This document shows, piece after piece, positions 1 through 9,774 of a stretch of DNA of 64,000 bases. The first letter of the stretch is position 1. Each line of letters starts with the position of its first letter. This DNA comes from Candidatus Yanofskybacteria bacterium CG10_big_fil_rev_8_21_14_0_10_36_16 (GTDB lineage Bacteria; Patescibacteriota; Minisyncoccia; 2-02-FULL-40-12; IGHO2-01-FULL-4-A): assembly GCA_002794035.1 (NCBI GenBank), contig PCXQ01000007.1:1785-65784 (forward strand), written 5' to 3'. Both the position numbers and the translations under genes were made by a program. The notes under the pieces were generated by a model. The model ran no database searches, was not told the origin of the DNA, and saw only the letters and a list, made by a program, of their open reading frames with translations.

Positions 1-2132
1 TATACAAAACCTGGGAAGAGTCGGGCTTTTTCACGCCTGAAAATCTTCCAGACAAAAGAGAAGCTTCTTTCTCGGTATCCATTCCCCCTCCAAATGCAAC
101 AGGCACGCTTCATCTTGGACATTCTCTTGAGTACTCCCTTCAAGACGCCGTAGTTAGATATCATAGAATGAAAGGAGATCTTACGTTGTGGCTGCCTGGC
201 ACAGATCACGCAGCAATTGCTACAAATACAAAGGTTGAAAAAAAACTCATTAAGGAAACCGGTAAAAACCGACACGCCATAGGAAGAGAGGCTTTTGTTA
301 AAGAAGTTGAAGATTTTGTTGCTGAAAGTCGAGGTGTAATGCAAAAACAAATAAGACAAATTGGTGCATCTGTAGATTGGAGTCGTGAAGCTTTTACGAT
401 GGACGACAAAAGAAGTTTAGCTGTTAAAACCGCATTCAAAAAAATGTATGATGCCGGACTTATTTACAAAGATTACAAAGTAATTAACTGGGATCCAAAA
501 GGACAAACCTCAGTTTCCGATGATGAGGTAGAACATCGGCCTGAAAAAGGAATGCTGTATACTTTTAAATATTCCTCTGACTTTCCTATCGAAATATCCA
601 CAACCAGACCAGAAACTAAAGTCGGTGACACTGCTGTAGCGATTCACCCTGATGATAAACGATATAAACAATACATAGGAAAAGAATTCAAAAATATTGA
701 ATTTGCAGGAACAAAACTCAACATAAAAATAATTGCTGATGAAAATATTGATCCTGAATTCGGAACAGGAGCAGTAGGTGTTACACCAGCTCACAGTCTT
801 GTTGATGCTGACATAGCACAAAGGCACTCCCTGCCCATGGTACAGGTAATCAACGAATATGCCAAAATGACAGAGGAAGCGGGCACGCTTGTGTCGGGCA
901 AAAAAACAAAAGAAGCAAGAGAAATTATAGTAACATGGCTCAAAGAAAATAAATTACTATCTGGGGAAGAAAATATTGATCTTAACATCAGTATCGCCGA
1001 CAGGTCAGGCGGAATAATCGAACCTCTGCCTAAATTGCAATGGTTTGTTGCAGTTAATAAAAAATTTAAAATAAAAGAATCTAAAATCAAGGGCATCGAA
1101 AGTAATTCGGAAACAACACTCAAAGAGATAATGAAAAAAAGCGTAGAAAATGGACAGATTGAAATAATGCCGGGCAGATTCAACAAAACATACTTTCATT
1201 GGATAAATAATTTGCGGGACTGGAATATAAGCAGACAGCTTTGGTATGGCCACAGGATACCAGTTTGGTATAAAGGAGACGAAACCTTGTGTGACATAAA
1301 TCACCCAGAAGGCTCTGGTTGGGAACAAGATCCCGACACCCTAGATACATGGTTTTCTTCAGCACTTTGGACTTTCTCAACTCTTGGCTGGCCTGATAAA
1401 AACGCGCCTGATCTTAAAAAATTCCACCCCACAAGTTTTATGAATCCCGGATATGAAATAATATTCTTCTGGGTTGCCAGAATGATACTAGCCAGCGGAT
1501 TTTTACTTGGAGAAGTTCCCTTCAAAAAGGTTTACCTGCATGGAATATTAAGAGATTCTAAAGGAAGAAAATTTTCAAAGTCACTAGATAATGGGATAGA
1601 CCCGATAGAAATAATCGATCATTATGGAGCAGATGCATTAAGAATGTCTTTAATAATCGGAATAGGTCCAGGCAATGATGCTAACTTTGATACCAATAAA
1701 GTTAGGGGATACCAACATTTCGCAAACAAGCTCTGGAACATAGCAAGGTTTGTGTTGTTAAATGTAACGGAAAAACCAAATCTTAATGCCTCTCTTAAAG
1801 ATAAAGACCAGACAAAACTTGAAGAACAAAAAGAACTTATAAAAGACATAACAAACGACATGGAAGAATATCGATATTATATAGCTGCAGAGAAAATTTA
1901 TCATTATATCTGGCACATCTTGGCAGATGAAATAATTGAAGACTCAAAAACAGATCTTTCTAGTAAAGACCTAGAAACAAAAGAGTCGGCACAAAGAATG
2001 CTTTTGGAATTACTAATGAATTCTCTTAAAATCCTACACCCGTTTATGCCTTTTGTTACTGAAGAAATATACTCTAAACTACCTAACAAAAATAAAATTC
2101 TACTAATCGTTGAGAAATGGCCAGTTAATTAG
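1..2132 (+). CDS. valS: valyl-tRNA synthetase (5' partial, continues upstream of window)
   Basis: Reading frame is open from window start. HLGH (HIGH-type) motif is translated from about nt 102-119 in the same frame as the ORF at 168. KFSKS (KMSKS) motif and WNISRQLWYGHRIP ValRS-type block are present. No long C-terminal coiled coil (short form). Confidence 0.9.
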   Translation, partial: YKTWEESGFFTPENLPDKREASFSVSIPPPNATGTLHLGHSLEYSLQDAVVRYHRMKGDLTLWLPGTDHAAIATNTKVEKKLIKETGKNRHAIGREAFVKEVEDFVAESRGVMQKQIRQIGASVDWSREAFTMDDKRSLAVKTAFKKMYDAGLIYKDYKVINWDPKGQTSVSDDEVEHRPEKGMLYTFKYSSDFPIEISTTRPETKVGDTAVAIHPDDKRYKQYIGKEFKNIEFAGTKLNIKIIADENIDPEFGTGAVGVTPAHSLVDADIAQRHSLPMVQVINEYAKMTEEAGTLVSGKKTKEAREIIVTWLKENKLLSGEENIDLNISIADRSGGIIEPLPKLQWFVAVNKKFKIKESKIKGIESNSETTLKEIMKKSVENGQIEIMPGRFNKTYFHWINNLRDWNISRQLWYGHRIPVWYKGDETLCDINHPEGSGWEQDPDTLDTWFSSALWTFSTLGWPDKNAPDLKKFHPTSFMNPGYEIIFFWVARMILASGFLLGEVPFKKVYLHGILRDSKGRKFSKSLDNGIDPIEIIDHYGADALRMSLIIGIGPGNDANFDTNKVRGYQHFANKLWNIARFVLLNVTEKPNLNASLKDKDQTKLEEQKELIKDITNDMEEYRYYIAAEKIYHYIWHILADEIIEDSKTDLSSKDLETKESAQRMLLELLMNSLKILHPFMPFVTEEIYSKLPNKNKILLIVEKWPVN

Positions 2133-2152
2133 ATTCAAAAAATATAATTTCA

Positions 2153-2190
2153 AAAAACAGCCCCGCCAAAGCGGTACTGTTTTTTTTAAT
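2153..2190 (+). terminator. rho-independent terminator after valS
   Basis: GC hairpin acagCCCCGCCaaaGCGGtactgt followed by T8 run. Confidence 0.6.
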
Positions 2191-2243
2191 TAAAATATCC
2201 AACTGTTTAATTCTTAAATTGATTTATGTGTTAAAATAAAAGT

Positions 2244-2981
2244 GTGGCTATAATTTATTCTCCACCACTCTTGGTTTTGCTAGGCTTAACACCCAGTTTG
2301 TTTTGGTTGTTTTTATATTTAAGAAAAGATCTCCATCCAGAACCTAGATCACTTATTATTAAAGTGTTTTTTATGGGCATAGTAATAGCCCCACTAGCAG
2401 TAATTTTTCAATGGCTAACCCTAGGTACTGGCAAATTTTTTAATCCTGATTTTCAATCTTCAGAATCAATTTTATTCTTTTTAATTGCTGCTTTCATAGA
2501 GGAAGTGGTTAAATATCTGGCAGTTAGATTTACAGTCTTAAACAATGCTGACTTTGATGAGCCTGTTGATGCAATGATTTATATGATCATAGCTGCGCTG
2601 GGCTTCGCTGGAATTGAAAACATTCTTGTTTTGTTTAAAACCTTAGGTGATATTACAACAGAAAATCCATACATCATATTTCAAGTCTTGGGTTTAAGAT
2701 TTGTAGGTGCTACACTTTTGCATGCACTATCATCTGCCATTGCAGGCTATTTCTTAGCAATGTCATGGTTTTACAGCCATCACAGCAAAAAACTAGTCAC
2801 ATTTGGTATTTTAATAGCTACTCTTTTCCACACAACATTCAATATTATAATTTTAAAATCAGCACTAAATCAGGATATTTCTTTTTACTTAATGCCTCTT
2901 TTAATTTTCATGGCAATATTAATATCAATACTGTTTAACCGGTTAAAAAAGAGAAGATTAGTTAATACAATAGAATACTAA
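2244..2981 (+). CDS. PrsW-family intramembrane metalloprotease-like membrane protein
   Basis: GTG start. Multi-TM protein carrying EEVVK (EExxK), F..LLHAL and HTTFN (HxxxN) motifs typical of the PrsW/CPBP-like protease family. Confidence 0.55.
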   Translation: MAIIYSPPLLVLLGLTPSLFWLFLYLRKDLHPEPRSLIIKVFFMGIVIAPLAVIFQWLTLGTGKFFNPDFQSSESILFFLIAAFIEEVVKYLAVRFTVLNNADFDEPVDAMIYMIIAALGFAGIENILVLFKTLGDITTENPYIIFQVLGLRFVGATLLHALSSAIAGYFLAMSWFYSHHSKKLVTFGILIATLFHTTFNIIILKSALNQDISFYLMPLLIFMAILISILFNRLKKRRLVNTIEY

Positions 2982-3071
2982 TATTAATATACTTTCAACT
3001 TATTACATCAAATATATTTTTTATCCACCGATTTTATTAACTAAGTTAGTTTTTTTTATTATAATAATAAT

Positions 3072-3506
3072 ATGGGAGACGAATTAAAAAAATTAGAAAA
3101 TGAAGACAATGAAGAAGAGACGACTGATGAGGATTCTGAGGAAGCCGATCTTGTTGCAGCTCAAACAAAAAAAACAACCTCGGATAATGAGGAAGGGACT
3201 CTTACTGTTGATGTCCTTAGGACCAGTGATGATGTTTATATAAAATCAGCCATTGCTGGAGTAACAGCAAAAGATCTTGATATAACAATCAATAATGATA
3301 TGGTCACAATTAAAGGCAATAGAAAGCAAGATGAAACCTTAAAAACTGCCTCCTATGACTGGAGAGAACTTTATTGGGGACCTTTTTCAAGAACAGTAAT
3401 ATTGCCGGAAGAAATTGATGTTGATAGTTCTAAAGCATCTATAAAAAACGGGGTTTTAACTATTAAATTACCCAAGGTCAGCAAAAATAAAACTAAGAAA
3501 ATATAG
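3072..3506 (+). CDS. Hsp20/alpha-crystallin family small heat-shock protein
   Basis: Acidic N-terminal region followed by an alpha-crystallin domain (LTVDVL..DDVYIKSAIAGV..DLDITINNDMVTIKG...GVLTIKLPK). Confidence 0.8.
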   Translation: MGDELKKLENEDNEEETTDEDSEEADLVAAQTKKTTSDNEEGTLTVDVLRTSDDVYIKSAIAGVTAKDLDITINNDMVTIKGNRKQDETLKTASYDWRELYWGPFSRTVILPEEIDVDSSKASIKNGVLTIKLPKVSKNKTKKI

Positions 3507-3520
3507 GAAAAATCACTAAA

Positions 3521-3550
3521 CAGGCCCCAACTTATCGGGGCCTGTTTTAT
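3521..3550 (+). terminator. rho-independent terminator
   Basis: caGGCCCCaacttatcGGGGCCtg hairpin followed by TTTT. Confidence 0.6.
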
Positions 3551-3718
3551 ATTTAATTCATTACAAGTTAATTATAAAATTGTCATGTGAAGCCCCACAA
3601 TAAAATCCATAAGGTGGAACCCCGCACAAAAAAACTCCTTAAAATTGAGCTACTTATGGCCAAATTATAAACCCTGGGTAAATATTATTTCCTAATTGTG
3701 GTATATTAATATTAATCT

Positions 3719-4891
3719 ATGACAATAAAATATAATTATAAAAATCTTGCAATACCAGGACTTTTGGCTGTTTTTTTATCTGGCTTTATGTGGTATTCGA
3801 GCAGTCATTACGACTCTCTCTCTATAGAGGCTCACGATACTGCATTAGCGGAGTTTGATGACTATTCTAAAAATATAAACAAATCCGTTGAAAATGGTTT
3901 TATTTTAACCAGCAACAGTACTAAAATTAATATCGCCTCTGAAATTACCAAGGAATGGCAGATAGAAATAACTAGAAGTAATGGCATAGAACAGTCAATT
4001 CCAAACAATGAGAAAATAACTTCACATCTTAATAATTTTGTATCAAACAAAGTCAAAATTGAACCCAAGAGTCCCCTTTTTGATGTAACCAATGGCGTGG
4101 TATATGAAATTGCACCTGCAACCCCCGGCAGGAATCTAAATACCGTCCAAACGCTTTCAAACATAACCAGGGCAATGATTAAAGGAGAAAACAGGGCAAG
4201 TATTTCTTTTACAGAAACATACTCCTCTATTACAGCAAACTCATTGAATGTTCTGGGTATAAACAAACTAATAGGACGAGGAGAGTCTGACTTTAAAGGA
4301 TCATCTGAGGCCAGAATACACAACATTAAAGTTTCCACTGCTCTTTTCGATGGAGTTGTTATAAAACCAAAAGAAGAATTTTCATTTAATAAAATCTTGG
4401 GGGAAGTTGATGGTTCAACAGGATATAAATCTGAATTAGTAATCAAAGGTGATAAAATAATTCCCGAGTATGGAGGTGGGATTTGCCAAGTTTCAACTAC
4501 TGTATTCAGGAGCGCAATCAATTCAGGCTTGCCCATTACTCAAAGAAAACCCCATTCATTGCCTGTTAGGTATTATAGCCCCCAAGGCATGGATGCCACT
4601 ATCTACCCCGGGGTTGTCGACCTAAAATTTATAAACGACACAGAAAATTACATAATTATAAATGCTGGATTTAATGGCACACAATTAATATTTGAAATAT
4701 ACGGGCAAGAAAAAGATAGAGAGGTTGTTGTCAGCCCACCAAGCTATTACGATGTTCAACCTGATGGAGGATTAAAGGCTGTTTTCACAAGAACTATTAG
4801 TTATGCTAATGGGAGACAAGAATCTGAACAATTTTATTCCAGTTATAAATCACCCTCTAAATTTGAGAGTCTTAGAAACCCATTGGAATAA
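3719..4891 (+). CDS. VanW-domain protein with N-terminal TM anchor
   Basis: GGGICQVSTTVFRSAINSGLPITQRKPHS block matches the VanW family signature (GGGxCQVSTTLY...). N-terminal hydrophobic helix. Confidence 0.7.
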   Translation: MTIKYNYKNLAIPGLLAVFLSGFMWYSSSHYDSLSIEAHDTALAEFDDYSKNINKSVENGFILTSNSTKINIASEITKEWQIEITRSNGIEQSIPNNEKITSHLNNFVSNKVKIEPKSPLFDVTNGVVYEIAPATPGRNLNTVQTLSNITRAMIKGENRASISFTETYSSITANSLNVLGINKLIGRGESDFKGSSEARIHNIKVSTALFDGVVIKPKEEFSFNKILGEVDGSTGYKSELVIKGDKIIPEYGGGICQVSTTVFRSAINSGLPITQRKPHSLPVRYYSPQGMDATIYPGVVDLKFINDTENYIIINAGFNGTQLIFEIYGQEKDREVVVSPPSYYDVQPDGGLKAVFTRTISYANGRQESEQFYSSYKSPSKFESLRNPLE

Positions 4892-4979
4892 ACTAAAAAA
4901 ACCCTTGTATGCAAAGGTCTTAATATTTCCACCACGGGGGCAAAATAGTTCAAATCCTATCTTAAAATATCACAAACAC

Positions 4980-5064
4980 GGTGGGGGCGAGAGGATTTGA
5001 ACCTCCACGCTCGTGAGAGCACCAGCTCCTAAGGCTGGCGTGTCTGCCATTCCACCACACCCCC
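4980..5064 (-). tRNA. tRNA-Leu (anticodon UAG), long variable arm
   Basis: Reverse complement folds as GGGGGTG/CGCCCCC acceptor stem, anticodon loop CUUAGGA, long variable arm and GGTTCAAATCC T-loop; discriminator A plus CC. Confidence 0.85.
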
Positions 5065-5104
5065 ATATGAAAAACATCTTAGCATAAATTTAGCTCTATT
5101 TCTA

Positions 5105-6631
5105 ATGAATTTAAGATATTTTAAACTTATAATTAGCGCGATAATCCTTGCGGGGTTTTTTTATATTACTTGGATTATGATTGATCCTGATATTTTTTGG
5201 CATTTAAAGGTTGGCCAAGAAATATACACAACAGGAGGAATCCCCCACTTTGACCACTTTAGCCACACGATGCCGTACCATGCATGGGTAGACCACGAAG
5301 CACTCACTGAAGTGTGGTTTTATTTAATGTACTCAAGCGGCTTTTGGTGGATTTTAAAAATAATATTTAGCCTAATTATATCTATACCTTTTATTTTTTG
5401 GATTTATAAAAGCAATAATTATTTCTTGCCGGTTGTGATACTGTTTTCATCTATATACCTTCTGGGAATAGCGGGAGTGAGACCTCAGTGGATTTCTTTT
5501 TTGTTATTCTTTGTTGTTTTTCAAATATTACTCCAAAAATATTGGCACAAAAAGAACAACAAATCATTTTATTTTCTACCGTTAATTTTTCTAGTTTGGG
5601 CTAATTTGCATGCCGGGTTTTTTATGGGTTTGATGACATTTGGTTTTTTGGTGATGATGAACCTATTTCAGAACAGAAACATAAATCAGGAAATTCGCCC
5701 AATAATAATTTTGGGATTAAGTACAATTGTTACACTTATTAATCCTTATGGCTGGCATATTTATGAAGAAATTTTTAAAGTAGCTACATCTTCTTCTACA
5801 TTAAAATACATTGCTGAGTGGCAACCAGTATTCACAACGCCAGATCTATCACTAGTACTATTTGGCGGGGTTTTTATTTCTTTTATTTTAATCTTTAAAT
5901 CATACAAAAAATATCCCCTGCCTTTTTTGGCTTTGTCTTTGATAATGTTTTGTATGTTTTTAATGTCAAAAAGACACGGACCTTTATTCTTTATAACTTC
6001 AATGCCAATAATTTTTAATGGATTTGAAATTATAAAAAACAAGATATATGTTTTGCGAAACAACAAACCTTTTTCCCAAACCGAAACCAACAAAGCACTT
6101 TCGGGAGTTTTAATATTGTTTATTATAGCATTGGGTTCTTTTGGTTATAAAATTTTAAATTATCAAGTATATAAAATTCCCGAAAATGCTGTTATCTTTC
6201 TGAAAGAAAATAAATATGGCCAAAAAGATTTAAAGCTATTCAATAATTATGGATGGGGTGGATATTTAATCTGGGAAACACCTGAAATAAAAGTGTTCAT
6301 AGACGGCAGAATGCCTCACTGGCAAAAAAACAAAGAATCCGCAATGAGCGATTATATTAAAACTGTATTCAATCCCGAAACAGAAGAATGGAAAAAAGTA
6401 TTTAATAAATACAAAATAAACACAGTAATAATGCCTGCAAATATATACCAACAAGAACACATATCAAAATATTCAATCAAAAAAATAGAGAATAAAATAA
6501 AAACATGGCTTAAAACTAAAGAAACCACAAAGAATAAAACTCTTGTGGGAATATTAAAAGAAAATGGCTGGAGCACCTCATACCAAGATGATGTTGCTAT
6601 AGTTCTAGAATGCGAAAAAGATTGTTATTAA
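5105..6631 (+). CDS. GT-C fold membrane glycosyltransferase-like protein (PMT/ArnT-like)
   Basis: More than 10 predicted TM helices with an acidic IDPD motif in the first external loop and a soluble C-terminal domain. Family assignment is inferential. Confidence 0.45.
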   Translation: MNLRYFKLIISAIILAGFFYITWIMIDPDIFWHLKVGQEIYTTGGIPHFDHFSHTMPYHAWVDHEALTEVWFYLMYSSGFWWILKIIFSLIISIPFIFWIYKSNNYFLPVVILFSSIYLLGIAGVRPQWISFLLFFVVFQILLQKYWHKKNNKSFYFLPLIFLVWANLHAGFFMGLMTFGFLVMMNLFQNRNINQEIRPIIILGLSTIVTLINPYGWHIYEEIFKVATSSSTLKYIAEWQPVFTTPDLSLVLFGGVFISFILIFKSYKKYPLPFLALSLIMFCMFLMSKRHGPLFFITSMPIIFNGFEIIKNKIYVLRNNKPFSQTETNKALSGVLILFIIALGSFGYKILNYQVYKIPENAVIFLKENKYGQKDLKLFNNYGWGGYLIWETPEIKVFIDGRMPHWQKNKESAMSDYIKTVFNPETEEWKKVFNKYKINTVIMPANIYQQEHISKYSIKKIENKIKTWLKTKETTKNKTLVGILKENGWSTSYQDDVAIVLECEKDCY

Positions 6632-6667
6632 TTATTAATTTAAATCTTCTAACACATTCTGAAACAA

Positions 6668-6698
6668 AAACACCCCTGCCTAAGCGGGGGTGTTTTTA
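6668..6698. terminator. bidirectional rho-independent terminator
   Basis: aCACCCCtgcctaagcGGGGGTGttttt hairpin with A/T runs on both sides. It lies between a plus-strand gene and the minus-strand pilin-like array. Confidence 0.6.
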
Positions 6699-6712
6699 AG
6701 TTTAGGATTTGT

Positions 6713-7099
6713 TTATAGAGTTCCTTGTGACAAGGCATCTAATACGTATCCTGCGGTTGATAGAAGAACACCTACACCTAATACAACCATAGCACCAATC
6801 AAACCGTTAATGATTGTTGTTCTTGCTTCACCGGCTTTAGCAGCGTCACCTCCTGCAGCCATGTATTTAATACCACCGATAATAATGAATATTACAGCGA
6901 TAATAACACCTATAGCAATCAAGAAGTTACCAATTCTTGTTATAACTGATTCTATGTCAGCTAATTCCACAGCATCACCTGTAAGAGGAGGGCTGGGCTC
7001 ATTTAATACCTGGCCAAATACTACAACTGGCACAACTAATAAAGTAACAAGAGCCAAAGTAGGCGCAAGCACTTTCACAATTTTTAATGTTTTAGACAT
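6713..7099 (-). CDS. VirB2/TrbC-like (T4SS-pilin-like) small membrane protein, paralog 1
   Basis: Signal peptide, then hydrophobic helix, GGIKYMAAGGDAAKAGEAR loop and a second hydrophobic helix. Same architecture as the six paralogs that follow. Confidence 0.5.
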   Translation of the reverse strand: MSKTLKIVKVLAPTLALVTLLVVPVVVFGQVLNEPSPPLTGDAVELADIESVITRIGNFLIAIGVIIAVIFIIIGGIKYMAAGGDAAKAGEARTTIINGLIGAMVVLGVGVLLSTAGYVLDALSQGTL

Positions 7100-7468
7100 G
7101 TTTAATTTTTTCAGCGAATAGAGGAACGGGAATAATGCTTAAGCTTCTCTAAAGAGATTATTCTTGTTCCGCCATTCTTATATGAATTAATTTAGACCAA
7201 CGCTACGACCGAACCCTGCCTAATAAAAGCAACGCCCCGTCGGTCTTTAGTATTTTAAGGTTTTTATCCGACCTGTCTGGGAAAATCAATATTTATTGAT
7301 TCTACCAAACAGACCCCCTTTTATTATTATAATGTACTTAATTTATTGTCACAATAAAGCTATCAACAACTATATTTTTCTAATAAATCATATAAAAATC
7401 ATCGCATTATCTATACCCTATCTATCAGCAATCATTTAAAACCTTCATTCTGAAAATAAAATTAACGA

Positions 7469-7834
7469 TTATAAACCAAACCCTCCTGAAAGTGCACCGA
7501 CTATATGCTCTGCTGTTGAAAATATAGTGCCTATACCAAGAACAATCATTGCACCTATTAGTCCGTTTATTATGGTTTTTCTGGCGTCTGCAACCTTAGT
7601 GGTGTCTCCTTTGGCCGACATCCATTTAATACCTCCGTAAACTATGAAAATTACCGCAATAAAAGCTCCTGCAAAAAGCATAAACTGGGCAATGGTTTCT
7701 ATTACATCAAGAATGTTCTCAAGAGTGACAGGTGTAGCATCGCTAAATTGGGCAAAAACTGGAAACGCCAAAAACACCTGAACGAAGACTAGCAGAACCC
7801 AAAATACCTTTTTGTTTTCTTTAAAATTCAACAT
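7469..7834 (-). CDS. VirB2/TrbC-like pilin-like protein, paralog 2
   Basis: FAGAFIAVIFIVYGGIKWMSAKGDTTKVADARKTIINGLIGAMIVLGIG is the shared core. Start trimmed to the internal Met (MLNFKENKK) to avoid overlap with the next paralog. Confidence 0.5.
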   Translation of the reverse strand: MLNFKENKKVFWVLLVFVQVFLAFPVFAQFSDATPVTLENILDVIETIAQFMLFAGAFIAVIFIVYGGIKWMSAKGDTTKVADARKTIINGLIGAMIVLGIGTIFSTAEHIVGALSGGFGL

Positions 7835-7856
7835 AAAAAATTGTTTGAAATGAGAA

Positions 7857-8258
7857 TTATAAACTTCCTCCAGCAATTGCATTAAACAAGTAACCAGCCG
7901 TTGACATTATTGTACCAATACCAAGAACGATAATAGAACCAATCAAACCATTTATTATAGTTTGTCTTGCTCTTGCAACCTTAGATGAATCACCTCCTGC
8001 TGACATCCACAAAATACCGCCCCAAACAATAAATATTACCGCAATAAGCGCACCTGCAAACAATAGGAATTGGGCAATTGTTGTTATCGCATCTAGAATA
8101 CTGGTTAAATTAAGCTCTTCTGAATCTGGCACTGGATTACCTGGTATCTCTAATGCTCCTTCCGGATTAGTAAATTGAGCATTGGCCGACAAAGCAAACC
8201 CCGCTAAAAATAGAAGGACCGCTACCTTGCTTATATTTTTTTTATTAAAAATCTTCAT
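7857..8258 (-). CDS. VirB2/TrbC-like pilin-like protein, paralog 3
   Basis: FAGALIAVIFIVWGGILWMSAGGDSSKVARARQTIINGLIGSIIVLGIG. Start is probably MKIFNKK, preceding a signal peptide ending in ANAQ. Confidence 0.5.
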   Translation of the reverse strand: MKIFNKKNISKVAVLLFLAGFALSANAQFTNPEGALEIPGNPVPDSEELNLTSILDAITTIAQFLLFAGALIAVIFIVWGGILWMSAGGDSSKVARARQTIINGLIGSIIVLGIGTIMSTAGYLFNAIAGGSL

Positions 8259-8409
8259 TTTTAAATACAGCTCGGGAATAAGGACAAAAGATTGCCCAAC
8301 CGTTCCCAAAAGCCAAATTATTAATTATTTACTTAATTATATCTAAAAAACCTAAACAAATCTAATTTTTATACACAGAACTCATATTTTACTATAAATC
8401 TATTTTTTA

Positions 8410-8808
8410 CTAAAAAGATATTGAGCTAGTTACTATCTCACATGTAAAAGTAACTTCTACGCCTACTGCGTTTGCCACAGTTACCACTATTGTTCCGACA
8501 CCAAATATAACAACAGCTGCAATAAAAGCATACATAAGACCCTTTCTTGCTTCTCCTGATTTTTGGACATCACCCTTAGCTGACATTAATTTGACTGCTT
8601 CAACCATAAAAAAGATGACCAAACCAAACATGGCGGCATAGAATGTCCAACAAGCAAGGCCTGTAGCTATAGCCACCAAATCCTTAACGCTAAAATCCTC
8701 AATACCAAGTCCTTCTTGAGCATAAAGCGGAAATGGGAAACCAACCATAACCATCATAGATACAATTAACAGTGATGATAATAATTGTGTTTTGTTTATT
8801 TTATACAT
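8410..8808 (-). CDS. VirB2/TrbC-like pilin-like protein, paralog 4 (divergent)
   Basis: Signal peptide ending in LYAQ, then two hydrophobic helices separated by a KLMSAKGDVQKSGEARK loop. Confidence 0.45.
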   Translation of the reverse strand: MYKINKTQLLSSLLIVSMMVMVGFPFPLYAQEGLGIEDFSVKDLVAIATGLACWTFYAAMFGLVIFFMVEAVKLMSAKGDVQKSGEARKGLMYAFIAAVVIFGVGTIVVTVANAVGVEVTFTCEIVTSSISF

Positions 8809-8839
8809 TATAATTTTTATTCAATATTAATTAAAATAT

Positions 8840-9217
8840 TTAACCGTTGCCTCTTAGCGCAAGCACGCTCTCTATTAATGCTACAAATCCCCTGCCTATC
8901 AACACAACTGCCAGCCCTATAATTGCATACCACAAAGTTCTTGTGCCTTGTTGAAATTTCTGGGAATTGCCTCTTGAAGTATACATAATAACCCCAGCCA
9001 CGATTATCATTATTACAACAATGGGAATTGCAATTAATATGAGCTGGTCGGCTATTTGCTCAACAAGTTCTATAAATGTATCGGGGACATTATTACAACC
9101 ACCACCCAAGACACAAAGAGGATTTTCAAACTCTAAAGCAAAAACAGAACCAGCATTTAATACAACTACGGTGATCAATAAAAAGAGTAGCGCTACCTTG
9201 TTGTTTAAATTAGCCAT
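8840..9217 (-). CDS. VirB2/TrbC-like pilin-like protein, paralog 5
   Basis: Signal peptide, a CxxGGGC pair, and two hydrophobic helices with a YTSRGNSQKFQQG loop. Confidence 0.45.
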   Translation of the reverse strand: MANLNNKVALLFLLITVVVLNAGSVFALEFENPLCVLGGGCNNVPDTFIELVEQIADQLILIAIPIVVIMIIVAGVIMYTSRGNSQKFQQGTRTLWYAIIGLAVVLIGRGFVALIESVLALRGNG

Positions 9218-9371
9218 ATTTAAAAAATTCAATTTACAATTTTTAATTCTTAATTTTCATTTAATTTTCAATGAATTAATTTTTAAACATAATACATTCC
9301 AAAACCATGTTTCAGAATTAGAAATTAAAAATTCATTAAAAATTATAAAATTATAAATTAAAAATTAAAAT

Positions 9372-9734
9372 TTAATTGCCGCCACGCAACACACTAACAA
9401 CCAAATTTACAAATCCTTGTCCTATAAAAATAACTGCAAGGCCTATTATGGCATATTTTAACATATCCATACCCTGTTTAAATTTTTGGGGATTACCTCC
9501 TGCGGTAAACATCCTAACACCAGCAATAATGATAACAATAATTGATATTGGAATTGATAATGTTACCAACCAAGTTCCAATTGTCTTTATTAATTCTTCA
9601 AAACTGCCGTAGCCAACAAAGTCAGGAAGTTGTGCATATGCATTATTTACAGCAAAAATACTTATAAAAAGCATTGGTATTATTGCAAAAAATAAAGCTT
9701 TTGATTTTGTTGGCATAATTGTTGTACTTAACAA
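9372..9734 (-). CDS. VirB2/TrbC-like pilin-like protein, paralog 6
   Basis: Signal peptide ending in AYAQ, then IIVIIIAGVRMFTAGGNPQKFKQG loop and a second helix. Confidence 0.45.
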   Translation of the reverse strand: MLSTTIMPTKSKALFFAIIPMLFISIFAVNNAYAQLPDFVGYGSFEELIKTIGTWLVTLSIPISIIVIIIAGVRMFTAGGNPQKFKQGMDMLKYAIIGLAVIFIGQGFVNLVVSVLRGGN

Positions 9735-9753
9735 TTAAAAATTGAAAATTATT
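9735..9753. repeat. AT-rich 19-mer TTAAAAATTGAAAATTATT (copy 1 of 2), candidate promoter/operator of pilin genes
   Basis: Exact 19-nt match to 11375-11393, both immediately upstream (minus-strand sense) of pilin-like genes. A degenerate third copy lies at 11409-11426. Confidence 0.5.
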
Positions 9754-9774
9754 TAAAAATTACGAAATTAATTT

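Noticed and set aside
4803-5000. 65-aa ORF running from the VanW 3' end into tRNA-Leu
   Set aside because: Overlaps the end of a well-supported gene and the tRNA-Leu(UAG) gene on the opposite strand; no coding signal.
7190-7260. Moderately GC-rich segment with a GACCGA/TCGGTC stem in the 370-bp gap inside the pilin array
   Set aside because: Only a 6-bp stem with a 30-nt loop and no repeat elsewhere in the window; could be a promoter region, but evidence is too weak for a feature call.
8967-9356. 129-aa plus-strand ORF antisense to pilin paralog 5 (and 9376-9612 antisense to paralog 6)
   Set aside because: It lies entirely antisense to conserved paralogous pilin-like genes and is AT-rich low-complexity with no start context; considered a shadow ORF.
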